Notes under the pieces: generated by a model
Database searches by the model: none
The model's input: the letters and a program-made list of their open reading frames with translations, nothing else
Told to the model about the DNA's origin: nothing
Made by a program: the position numbers and the translations under genes
In this document: piece by piece, positions 41,844 to 49,960 of the stretch
How the letters are laid out: each line of letters starts with the position of its first letter
Numbering within the stretch: the stretch's first letter is position 1
Source: Candidatus Limnocylindrales bacterium
GTDB lineage: Bacteria; Chloroflexota; Limnocylindria; Limnocylindrales; CSP1-4
Reading direction: 5' to 3'
DNA: 64,000 nucleotides
NCBI GenBank assembly: GCA_038230295.1
Contig: JBBRNM010000005.1
Location: 779 to 64,778, forward strand

Positions 41844-42947
41844 TTACCTCCTGGGTGCTGCCACGACCGGCTCGGCCGGCCGCGACGAAGCGGGTGCGCT
41901 CTTGACCGGCTCGCGGGCCTCCGCGAGCCGGCTCGTGACGAGAGGATGGGCGCCGGCGAGCGATACGTCGCCGCCGAGCGCTGCGGGGACGACCCGGACG
42001 TGGCGCGCAACGACCTCGAAGGCTTCGGTCGCGATCGCCGTGCGGATCGGGTCGAGCATCCGATCGCCGTCGTGCTCGGCGATCGAGCCGCCGATCACGA
42101 TGCGATGCGGGTTGAAGGCGTTGACATAACCGACGCAGGCCGTGGCCATCGCCCGTCGCGCCTGCTCCATGAGCTCGAGGCAGGCCGGATCGCCGGCGAG
42201 CGCGCCTTCGGCGACGTCGCGAGCCGAGAGCGCCGTCTCGCTCGCCTGCGACCGGGCGCGATCGGCGAGGAACGGCGAGCGGCCGGCAATGACGAGAGCC
42301 CGGGCTTCGCGAGCGAGGGCCGTGCCACTCGCGTAGGCCTCGACGTGGCCGACGCCGCCGCAACCGCAGCGCGGGCCGTCCATCGAGACGGGGACATGAC
42401 CGAGTTCGCCCGCGAGTCCATCCGGGCCGTGCAGGAGCTTGCCGCCGGTCACGATCGCGCCGCCGACGCCGGTCGAGACCGTCAGGTAGATGAAGTCGTC
42501 GCAGCCGTGGCCGGCACCGAAGGCATGCTCACCGAGGGCCGCCACGTTCGTGTCTCGGTCCAGGTACGCCGGGAGGCCAAGTGTGGTGGCCATCTCGAGG
42601 GCGATCGGGATGTCGCGGAACTCCGGCCCGAGGTTCGGTGGCTCGACGATGACGCCTCGCGCAGGATCGACCGGACCGGGCGACGAGATGCCGATTCCCA
42701 AGAGGGTGCGGGTGACGTTCGCCGGAGCGCTGGCTCGGCTTGTTTCGAGCATCGCCCGACACGCCGCGACGATCGCGCCCGGCCCGGCGTGGGTCGGGGT
42801 CGGCGTCTCCTTGCGGGCGAGGCGCTCCCCGTCGGCCTGGACGACCGCGGCGCGGATTCGCGTCCCGCCGAGGTCGAGAGCGAGGACGGGGGGCAGTGAC
42901 AGGACGGACCTCGAAGGTTCGAAGGGAATGTGCCGGCATTCTACCAA
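41844..42947 (-). CDS. ROK family glucokinase
   Basis: LDLGGTRIRAA and CGCGGVGHVEAYASG motifs. The 437-aa tracked ORF overruns the upstream small gene, so the start is set to in-frame TTG 42947. A CTG nearer the DLGGT motif is also possible. Confidence 0.8.
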   Translation of the reverse strand: MVECRHIPFEPSRSVLSLPPVLALDLGGTRIRAAVVQADGERLARKETPTPTHAGPGAIVAACRAMLETSRASAPANVTRTLLGIGISSPGPVDPARGVIVEPPNLGPEFRDIPIALEMATTLGLPAYLDRDTNVAALGEHAFGAGHGCDDFIYLTVSTGVGGAIVTGGKLLHGPDGLAGELGHVPVSMDGPRCGCGGVGHVEAYASGTALAREARALVIAGRSPFLADRARSQASETALSARDVAEGALAGDPACLELMEQARRAMATACVGYVNAFNPHRIVIGGSIAEHDGDRMLDPIRTAIATEAFEVVARHVRVVPAALGGDVSLAGAHPLVTSRLAEAREPVKSAPASSRPAEPVVAAPRR

Positions 42948-43030
42948 AGGGCCCGTTCCGCTCCGACGCTCCGGACATGGAACGACCCCCGCCGTCAGAC
43001 CGGCAGGGGTCGCTTCCTGAGCTGAGAGTC

Positions 43031-43171
43031 TCAGCCGCCGATCTTGAAGACCTTGGTGCCGCACTTCGGACACGTGCCCTGGAGCGCCGGCTTGCCGTTC
43101 TTCATCGTGATCATCTGCGGGTTCTGGACTTCGACTTTCATCTTGTCCTTGACGCAATAGGCCTGAGCCAT
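43031..43171 (-). CDS. DUF5679-like small zinc-ribbon protein
   Basis: Below the ORF-track cut-off. A GGAGG-preceded ATG 43171 encodes MAQAYCVKDKMKVEVQNPQMITMKNGKPALQGTCPKCGTKVFKIGG (46 aa). Confidence 0.8.
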   Translation of the reverse strand: MAQAYCVKDKMKVEVQNPQMITMKNGKPALQGTCPKCGTKVFKIGG

Positions 43172-43235
43172 GAGTTCGAAACCTCCTCGAGCTCCGTGTG
43201 CGCCTCGGGCACGTGCCCGCGGTCGCCGTCTTGCC

Positions 43236-44075
43236 TTAGATACCGAGCGACGGTCGCCATCGAGCCGACGCTGCTTCTCGCGCGCGGCGGTCCATGCCGG
43301 CGAGGATCAGGAGGCTTTCGAGCCCCGTCTCCACGCAGGCCGCTTCCGCCGCATCTTTCGCGGCCCCCGTCACGAAGTCGCCCGTGGACCGCTGCGCATA
43401 GACCGCGCAGACAACCCCCGCTCGACAACCGGCGAGGCCCGCCAGAACGAGCAATGCCGAAGCTTCCATCTCGAAATTCATGACGCGCTCGCGCGCCATG
43501 TCCTGAGCGAGGTCAGGGTACCGGATGGGAAGCTGCGGGATCGGCCGGCCCTGCGCGCCGAAGAACCCCGGCGCGGTGGCGGTGAGGCCGACGTGGTACG
43601 GCTTGTCGAGCCGTTCGGCCGCCTCGATGAGGGCGATGACCGCTTCGTGGTCCGCCACGGCGGGGTACCCGTCGTGGACGAACCAGCTGGTCGTGGTTTC
43701 CAGTCGGACGGCGCCCGTCGTGATCACCAGGTCGCCGAGCTGCATCTGCGGCTGGAGCGCGCCGCATGATCCGACTCGAATGAAGGTTGGGTGCTTCGTG
43801 ATCGCGAGGATCTCGGCGATCACGATCTCGACATTGTCGGTCCCGATGCCGGTAGAGACGATCGAGACCGGGAGCCCGCGATACTCGCCGCTGGCGGACA
43901 CGAACTCACGATGCTGGTGCTCGCGGTCGATTCGGTCGAGCCGCTGAGCGATCTTCGGGGTGCGATCGGGGTCGCCGGGGAGGAGGATGTACTCGGCCAG
44001 CTCTCCGGGGCCGAGTCCGATGTGGTATTGCCGCTCCCCTTCTGGGAGCGCGACGCGGAGGTCCGCGTTCGGCAA
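43236..44075 (-). CDS. nucleoside phosphorylase (PNP/UDP family, uridine phosphorylase-like)
   Basis: 279 aa with VSTGIGTDNVEIV, RVGSCGAL and NFEMEASAL motifs. TTG start behind GGGGAGGAGAG. Confidence 0.82.
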   Translation of the reverse strand: MPNADLRVALPEGERQYHIGLGPGELAEYILLPGDPDRTPKIAQRLDRIDREHQHREFVSASGEYRGLPVSIVSTGIGTDNVEIVIAEILAITKHPTFIRVGSCGALQPQMQLGDLVITTGAVRLETTTSWFVHDGYPAVADHEAVIALIEAAERLDKPYHVGLTATAPGFFGAQGRPIPQLPIRYPDLAQDMARERVMNFEMEASALLVLAGLAGCRAGVVCAVYAQRSTGDFVTGAAKDAAEAACVETGLESLLILAGMDRRAREAASARWRPSLGI

Positions 44076-44146
44076 GAGCTGCTCTCCTCCCCGATTGCCC
44101 GCACGTGCGAGCTTCGTTCAAGCGTAGTCGTGGCTTCGAACGAGCG

Positions 44147-47100
44147 TCAAGCACGATCACGCTCGATTCCGCTCGGCCGGAGCGTGGAGAGCCGGGCCAC
44201 AACGACCGCGCGGATGCGGCGCTGGGTGCGGCGACGCCGGATCAGGGTGACCAGCAGGGACAGGATCGAGAGGCCGCCCATCGCGGCGAGGCTCCATGAC
44301 TCCGGTCCACCAACCAGTCCACCGGCTGCCGCCAGGCGCGGATCGGCAACCGCGCTCGAGCCTCCGGTGGGCGAAGCTCCGGCGACGATGACCGGCTCGG
44401 CCTGGCCCAGATCGCCGACCCGGACGATCGACGCCGCGCCGTCGACGATCACGACCGTGACGCCGTGGAGCTGCTCCGCTCGCCCGCTGGCGGCGATGGC
44501 ATCTCCCGTCCGGAGATGCGGCAGCAGGTCGATGGCATCGGCACGGAACACGAGGCGGGCCATCGCCGTGCCATCGTCGAGGTCGACGCCGTCCGCAGCG
44601 ATGGCGGCAACCAGCCCGCCGACGCGAACCGTCGCGCCGAGATGCTCAGCGAGGGCCGCCAGGTCCGTGTCCGGCGTCACGTCGCCGACCGCTGGGGTCG
44701 CGTTGGCGCCTCCGCCGGATCCTTGGCGCGTGCCGCCGTTGCCACCAGGCCCGCTCCCGGAGCTGCCGGGCGCCGCAGTGGTGGTCGCAAGGTCCAGCGC
44801 GGATCGGGGAAGGACGGCGAACCGTCGATCGGTCGCGGTCGGATACGGCCGCTTCACGATCCCGACGATGGTCACGCTGGCGCCCTCCACGAGACGCGTC
44901 GACGGAATCCCCGCCCCGGCCTGCCCGAGGATTGGGACGCGAGCGTCGTGGGAGCCGGCGAGCGCCACCTCGGCGCGCCACCGGTCGCCGAATCGCTCGA
45001 CCTTCCCGATCGTCCCGGAGATCCGGACGAGCCGCCACTCATCCGACGAGCTCGGGGCGACTCCGCGCGCCGCAGGCTGGATCAGAACCACCGCATGCCG
45101 GTCGACGACGGTCTCCGCCCGCAGGCGGGGCGCACCCCACGCGTGGGCCGTCGTCCCCGCGATCCGGAGCACGGAGCCGACGGCCGGGCCGGCACTCCCG
45201 ACGGGGAGGAGGACCTCGATGGCTCCCGTGCCGTCCTGGACGACGATCCGGCGACCGCTGGAATCGAGGAGCGAGTTACCAGCCGTGATGGTGGCCTCGA
45301 TCACGACCTGCGCGCCGTCGCCCCTGGCGAGCGCAGCCGCGATCGAGGTCGTCGGCGCAGGCGATGGCGTCGGCCCGGGAGCCGACACCACGACCACGTC
45401 GGTTCGGTCGCGGATCCAGATCCGATAGCCGTCGAGGGCGCCTTTTCGCGAGGCCCGCTGGCCGGCCACGCCGGTGAGCCGGAGCGTCCGTCCGAGGGGC
45501 ACACTGGCTGCGCTGACGCCGCTTGACCCATCCGCCAGCACGCGAAAGGCGTGGCCGGACCCGTCCACGAAGTCGAACGACAGGTCGCCGCTGGTGCCCT
45601 TCGTCGGCGGCCGGCTCGTCACGCCGACGATGTCGATGAGGATGCCCTCGGTGCCCTCACCGAGATCGGCCGCCACGACATCCGCTGGGCTCGGCGGTGC
45701 GCTCGGGCCGGTCAGCCGGATGCCGCCGGCCGCGGGCCGGATCTCGAGCTGGCCGTAGGGGTCGGCGATCGCGCCGGTGACGAGCACGCCGATGCCACGG
45801 ACCGGGGTCACGATGCCGTCGGGAACCTTGACCACGATCCCGCCGGTCGAATCCTGGATGGCGATCAGGGAGGGCGTCCCGAGGCGGCCTGACTCCGCGG
45901 TGACCACGCCGGCCACGGTCACGATCTTGCCGGCGGCCTGCTGCCTGGCGTCGTGGATGGCGACCGCGCCGGGCTGAGGGGTCGGGGTTGGAGACGGGGT
46001 TGGAGACGGGGTCGCGGCCGGTGACGCCGTCGGTGAGGGTGTCGGCGCGGCCGAAGGCACGGCGCTGGGTTCCAAGGTCGGTGCGGGCGTCGGCGAGGGG
46101 CTCGGCGACGAGGTAGGAGCGGGTGACGGAGTCGGACCCGGGAGGACGACGAGCTCGCCGGATTCGGTGGCGTGGATCCGGTAACCGGCGGTGCCGGTGC
46201 CGGAGCTGTCGTGCTGGCCCGCGGGCCCGGTCACCGTAACAAGCGTGCCGGACGGCAGGGTGGCCCCGCCGAGCGCGTCAATGCCGACGATCGCGCGGAT
46301 GGTTCCCGTGCCGTCGTCGACGAGAATCCCGAGCCCGTCCGCGTAGGCCGTGGGCGAGCCCACCGTGATCCCGCTGACTCGAACCCGCGAACCCTCGATG
46401 GGCTCGCCAACCGCACCCGTGGAGACGGCGACGGGCGCCGGCACCGGGGCGAGGCCAAGGATGACGATGTCAGCGAGCGCGACCCGCAGCGTCCGCTGGG
46501 CATAGCGATCGTCGACCGTTCCGGTCGCCTGGATCACGGTTCCGGCGGCGAGGCCATCGAGTGGTGAGGCGTCGAGGTAGAGCGCGATGCCGCCTGTGTC
46601 GTCCTGGACGAAGGCCGTGCGGCCGCTCTCGAGTGCCCCGAGCTTCGTCGTGAGCACACCAACGATCGTGGCCGCGCCACCGTCCGCCATAGCCCGCGCG
46701 CTCGCAATGGCGATGGGCGCGACCGGGGTCGCGGTCGGAGACGGCGTCGGCACGGCGGTGGGACTCGGCGTTGGGGCGAGGGTCGGTGCCGGAGTCGCGG
46801 TCGCGGTCGGCGCGGGCGTATCCGTCGGCGCGGGCGTCGGAACCGGGGTCGGCACGGTGGTGGGCACAGGCGTTGGCTCAGCCGTGGGCTCGATCGTCGG
46901 CGCCGGCGTGTCCGTCGGAGCGGCGGTGGCCGTCGGTTCCGGCGTCGCCGTCGCGGTGGGAACCGGGCTCGGTGCCGACGTTTCGGTAGCCGACGGGGTC
47001 GGGCTTGGAATCGGCGTGGGCGTCGCGGCCGGAGACGGGCTCGGCACGGGGCTCGGCGTCGGTGTCGGGGCAGTCGTCGCGGGTGGGGTCGGGCTCGGTC

Positions 47101-47740
47101 CCGCTGCGGGGACCGGCGGGGCAGACAGCGACTGCGGATTCGGCGCTGCCTGGGCGAACCAATCCGTGGCGTTGTTGTTCGTGTCGACCGTGTTCCCCGC
47201 GAGTCCGCCCGGCCGGCGCTCGACGCTCGAGGACGCCGCCGGCGCAGACGGCGCGGTTCCCTCGACGAACGCATTCGTGGCGTCGCCCCAGCCCAGCGAG
47301 TCGATCGGCGCACCGCCGATGGTTCGCAGGACTACGGCACCGCCGGTGGCGGCAAACCCGCCGCTGTAGGTGAGATCGGCAACCGAGGCGAAGATGCCCG
47401 ACGTGTTCGCGATAAGCAGGTGCCTGCCCGGGCCGAGGAGCTGGGTCGCCCCCCACGATGCCTTGCGGGTGATCGTGCCGCCGGTCGAGGTGACGTAGAC
47501 GATCTCGAAGCCGGCGAGGTCGACCGCGCTCGTTCCGACATTCGTGATCTCGGCGAACTCGTCGGATGCCGACGCGCCGCCGGTTTGCAGCTCCGAGACG
47601 AGTAGCGTCGATGTCGGCCAGGCGACGACTGCGAGCGCAGCGGGCTGGCCCGGCCCGGTGCCCACCGCGGCGGCCACCGCCCCGCTGATCGAAACCACGA
47701 CGAACAGCGCGGCGATGACCGCGACACGGGCGCGTTCCAC
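44147..47740 (-). CDS. large cell-surface protein: signal/TM, lamin-tail domain, Pro/Thr linkers, repeated OB-like beta modules, C-terminal TM anchor
   Basis: 1197 aa. The LTD signature is LVSELQTGGASASDEFAEITNVG...VDLAGFEIVY...NNNATDW. There are three to four repeats of the pattern V.V.G.VT....G..F.QD.TGGI. The C-terminus is LSILSLLVTLIRRRR. GTG start behind GGGAGG. Confidence 0.8.
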   Translation of the reverse strand: MERARVAVIAALFVVVSISGAVAAAVGTGPGQPAALAVVAWPTSTLLVSELQTGGASASDEFAEITNVGTSAVDLAGFEIVYVTSTGGTITRKASWGATQLLGPGRHLLIANTSGIFASVADLTYSGGFAATGGAVVLRTIGGAPIDSLGWGDATNAFVEGTAPSAPAASSSVERRPGGLAGNTVDTNNNATDWFAQAAPNPQSLSAPPVPAAGPSPTPPATTAPTPTPSPVPSPSPAATPTPIPSPTPSATETSAPSPVPTATATPEPTATAAPTDTPAPTIEPTAEPTPVPTTVPTPVPTPAPTDTPAPTATATPAPTLAPTPSPTAVPTPSPTATPVAPIAIASARAMADGGAATIVGVLTTKLGALESGRTAFVQDDTGGIALYLDASPLDGLAAGTVIQATGTVDDRYAQRTLRVALADIVILGLAPVPAPVAVSTGAVGEPIEGSRVRVSGITVGSPTAYADGLGILVDDGTGTIRAIVGIDALGGATLPSGTLVTVTGPAGQHDSSGTGTAGYRIHATESGELVVLPGPTPSPAPTSSPSPSPTPAPTLEPSAVPSAAPTPSPTASPAATPSPTPSPTPTPQPGAVAIHDARQQAAGKIVTVAGVVTAESGRLGTPSLIAIQDSTGGIVVKVPDGIVTPVRGIGVLVTGAIADPYGQLEIRPAAGGIRLTGPSAPPSPADVVAADLGEGTEGILIDIVGVTSRPPTKGTSGDLSFDFVDGSGHAFRVLADGSSGVSAASVPLGRTLRLTGVAGQRASRKGALDGYRIWIRDRTDVVVVSAPGPTPSPAPTTSIAAALARGDGAQVVIEATITAGNSLLDSSGRRIVVQDGTGAIEVLLPVGSAGPAVGSVLRIAGTTAHAWGAPRLRAETVVDRHAVVLIQPAARGVAPSSSDEWRLVRISGTIGKVERFGDRWRAEVALAGSHDARVPILGQAGAGIPSTRLVEGASVTIVGIVKRPYPTATDRRFAVLPRSALDLATTTAAPGSSGSGPGGNGGTRQGSGGGANATPAVGDVTPDTDLAALAEHLGATVRVGGLVAAIAADGVDLDDGTAMARLVFRADAIDLLPHLRTGDAIAASGRAEQLHGVTVVIVDGAASIVRVGDLGQAEPVIVAGASPTGGSSAVADPRLAAAGGLVGGPESWSLAAMGGLSILSLLVTLIRRRRTQRRIRAVVVARLSTLRPSGIERDRA
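45975..46145 (-). repeat. coding low-complexity Pro/Ser/Thr/Ala linker, includes 12-nt tandem GGGGTTGGAGAC x2
   Basis: Read directly. It lies within the LTD protein gene. Confidence 0.6.
46730..47130 (-). repeat. coding low-complexity Pro/Thr/Ala/Ser linker (about 130 codons)
   Basis: Degenerate GGN-GTN/GCN periodic repeats on the plus strand, translating to PTPSP/TPAPT-type runs in the LTD protein. Confidence 0.6.
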
Positions 47741-47960
47741 TTGGCACGACCTCCCGGCGGGGGCGATCGATGCCGGGCGGGACGGCCCAGCGGTTCTAGC
47801 AGCAGTCGCTCACCGGCGGCTCACCGGCCGCTCATCGCCGGATCATTGGCCGTTCATCTCGAGCCCGGGAGGGCCGGACGCCGCACCGATCGCGTACGAT
47901 GCGGATCCCCAGGCCCGGCTCATCGGCGACCGGCCGCCCAGCAAGCACCGAGGTGACATC

Positions 47961-48656
47961 GTGGCCCGCGCGAAGCAGACCGCTCGCTCCGAAGCGCGGC
48001 GTCGCCATCGTCTGGCGAACCGCCTCGATGACGAGGCCGCGCCGAACGAGCTCGGGGAGGGCGCCACGAGTACGGGCGACGTCGCGACCGCGACCGGATC
48101 GCGCCGGACGGCCCAGCCCTCCAAGGCGAGCACCCCGCCGCGCCGAGGCGTGCTCTCGGCGTTTCGCGACGCCTATCACCCGGCTCACGTCCGCGAGGAC
48201 CTCCGCGAGCTGCCAACGCTCCTGCGCGGCCGTGCATTCCTCGGCGCGCTTGCCCTGATCGTCGCGGGCGCCGCGGTCTTCGTCGCATTTCCCAGCTACA
48301 ACGGCGCCCAGTTCATCTTCCAGACGCTGACGTACCCGCCGGCGATGGCCCCGATCTTCGTGGTCGGGTTCTTCGCGACGAGCGCGAGCTACCTCCTCGG
48401 ATTGATCGTCGGGCTCATCGACGCGCTCGTCCTGGGCATCCTCATCGCGTTGGGCGTGCTCGCGACGACGGCCGATCCGAATGCTGCCGTGAACTTCGTC
48501 GCGGGACCCCTGCTGACCGGGGCAACGACCGGCGCGGTCTTCGCGTCCGCCGCCGCATGGTATCGACGCTTTCTTGCGCTCTCGAGCCCAAAGCGGGCCG
48601 GCGTCGCGGCGGGCACGAAACGCGGCGCCCGAGCCAAGAGCGGGAGCCGGCGCTAG
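47961..48656 (+). CDS. membrane protein with basic N- and C-termini, unknown function
   Basis: Trimmed from the 47544..48656 ORF to GTG 47961 (GAGGTGA 4 nt upstream). Four hydrophobic helices after a charged region of about 75 aa. Confidence 0.65.
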   Translation: MARAKQTARSEARRRHRLANRLDDEAAPNELGEGATSTGDVATATGSRRTAQPSKASTPPRRGVLSAFRDAYHPAHVREDLRELPTLLRGRAFLGALALIVAGAAVFVAFPSYNGAQFIFQTLTYPPAMAPIFVVGFFATSASYLLGLIVGLIDALVLGILIALGVLATTADPNAAVNFVAGPLLTGATTGAVFASAAAWYRRFLALSSPKRAGVAAGTKRGARAKSGSRR

Positions 48657-48733
48657 GCGGAACCGATGGCGGCATCACGCGGGGATGCGCTGCACCGTCG
48701 TTGTGGCTCGATGAGGGGCGCAGGGGGGACACC

Positions 48734-49960
48734 ATGAAGCGATCGGGTGCATTGCTGCTCGTCCTGCTCCTGGCCGGATGCTCGAGCACCCCGTCCCCGT
48801 CGCCGTCAGCGACGGCGACCGAAACCATCGGACCCACCGACACGGCAGGGCCGTCGGCGACGCCCCTTGCCAGCCTCGCCCCCACCAGCTCGCCCTCCCC
48901 GGCCGCCTCGGCGAAGGCCACGCCTCACCCGACCCCGATCGCGACACCCGTCCCGCCGACGCCGACGCCGGGCCCGACGGCAGCCCAGCTCATCGGGCAG
49001 AAGCTGATGGTCGCGATGGCCGGCACGACGCCGAGTGCCGACCTGCTTGGCCGGATCCAGCGCGGCGAGGTCGGTGGCGTGATTCTCTTCGGCGCCAACA
49101 TCTCGACCCCGGCGCAGGTCACCGCGCTCACGGCGAAGCTCCGCGCCGCGGCCGTGGCCGGCGGGCAGCCGCGGCTCCTGATCTCGACGGACCAGGAAGG
49201 CGGCTCGGTCAAGCGCATCCCCTGGGCCCCTCCGACGCTCTCGCCCGCCCAGATGGTCGCGACCGGCAGCTCGTCGGTCGCGCTCGACCAGGGCAAGCGC
49301 ACCGGCGTCGCCCTCGAGGCGCTCGGCATCAACCTCGACCTGGCCCCCGTTGCCGACGTGCCCTTCTCCACCTCGTCGTTCATGTACCAGCAGGGCCGGA
49401 CGTGGTCCTTCAGCACGGTCACGACGACGGCCTACTCGAATGCCTTCACGACCGGCCTGCGCCAGGGCGGCGAGCTGCCCTCGATGAAGCACTTCCCGGG
49501 GATCGGGTATGCGGTGCTGAACACGGACACCCATCCGGTGACGATCGGGGCTTCGGGCGCGGCCCTTGCGCCGGGCCTGAATCCGTACCGCACGGCGATC
49601 GCCAACGGCATCCCGATGATCATGCTGTCGAACGCGACGTACACCGCCTACGACTCCTCGAACGCCGCGGGCTGGTCACGCGCGATCGGGACGATGTTGC
49701 TGCGGACGAACCTCGGCTTCCGCGGCGTGACGATCACGGACTCGCTGACGGGAACCGCCGTCAGCCGCGGGGTGAGCCAGACGTACCTCTCACTGCGCGC
49801 CGCGACGGCGGGCACCGACATGATCCTCGTGACCGGGTCGGAGGCATCGACGCGAGCGGTCTACTCGGCCCTCCTGGCCGCTGCGCAGAACGGCGCGATC
49901 GCGAGGTCGACGCTTCTCGCCTCGTACACACGCATCGTCGCCCTGAAGGCCCGCATCTAG
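48734..49960 (+). CDS. glycoside hydrolase family 3 lipoprotein (NagZ-like beta-N-acetylhexosaminidase)
   Basis: ATG 48734 opens MKRSGALLLVLLLAGCSS (lipobox), followed by a Pro/Ser/Thr linker and then a GH3 N-domain with KHFPGIGYA. Confidence 0.82.
   Translation: MKRSGALLLVLLLAGCSSTPSPSPSATATETIGPTDTAGPSATPLASLAPTSSPSPAASAKATPHPTPIATPVPPTPTPGPTAAQLIGQKLMVAMAGTTPSADLLGRIQRGEVGGVILFGANISTPAQVTALTAKLRAAAVAGGQPRLLISTDQEGGSVKRIPWAPPTLSPAQMVATGSSSVALDQGKRTGVALEALGINLDLAPVADVPFSTSSFMYQQGRTWSFSTVTTTAYSNAFTTGLRQGGELPSMKHFPGIGYAVLNTDTHPVTIGASGAALAPGLNPYRTAIANGIPMIMLSNATYTAYDSSNAAGWSRAIGTMLLRTNLGFRGVTITDSLTGTAVSRGVSQTYLSLRAATAGTDMILVTGSEASTRAVYSALLAAAQNGAIARSTLLASYTRIVALKARI

Noticed and set aside
44180-44330. 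A sortase (LPxTG/LAxTG) sorting signal at the C-terminus of the LTD protein.
   Set aside because: The only nearby motif is LAAAG, which lacks the Thr. The helix plus basic tail could equally be a simple membrane anchor.
45975-47130. Periodic nucleotide repeats that might be a CRISPR-like or satellite array.
   Set aside because: They lie in frame inside the LTD protein gene and translate to Pro/Thr/Ser/Ala linkers. They have no spacer-repeat organisation.
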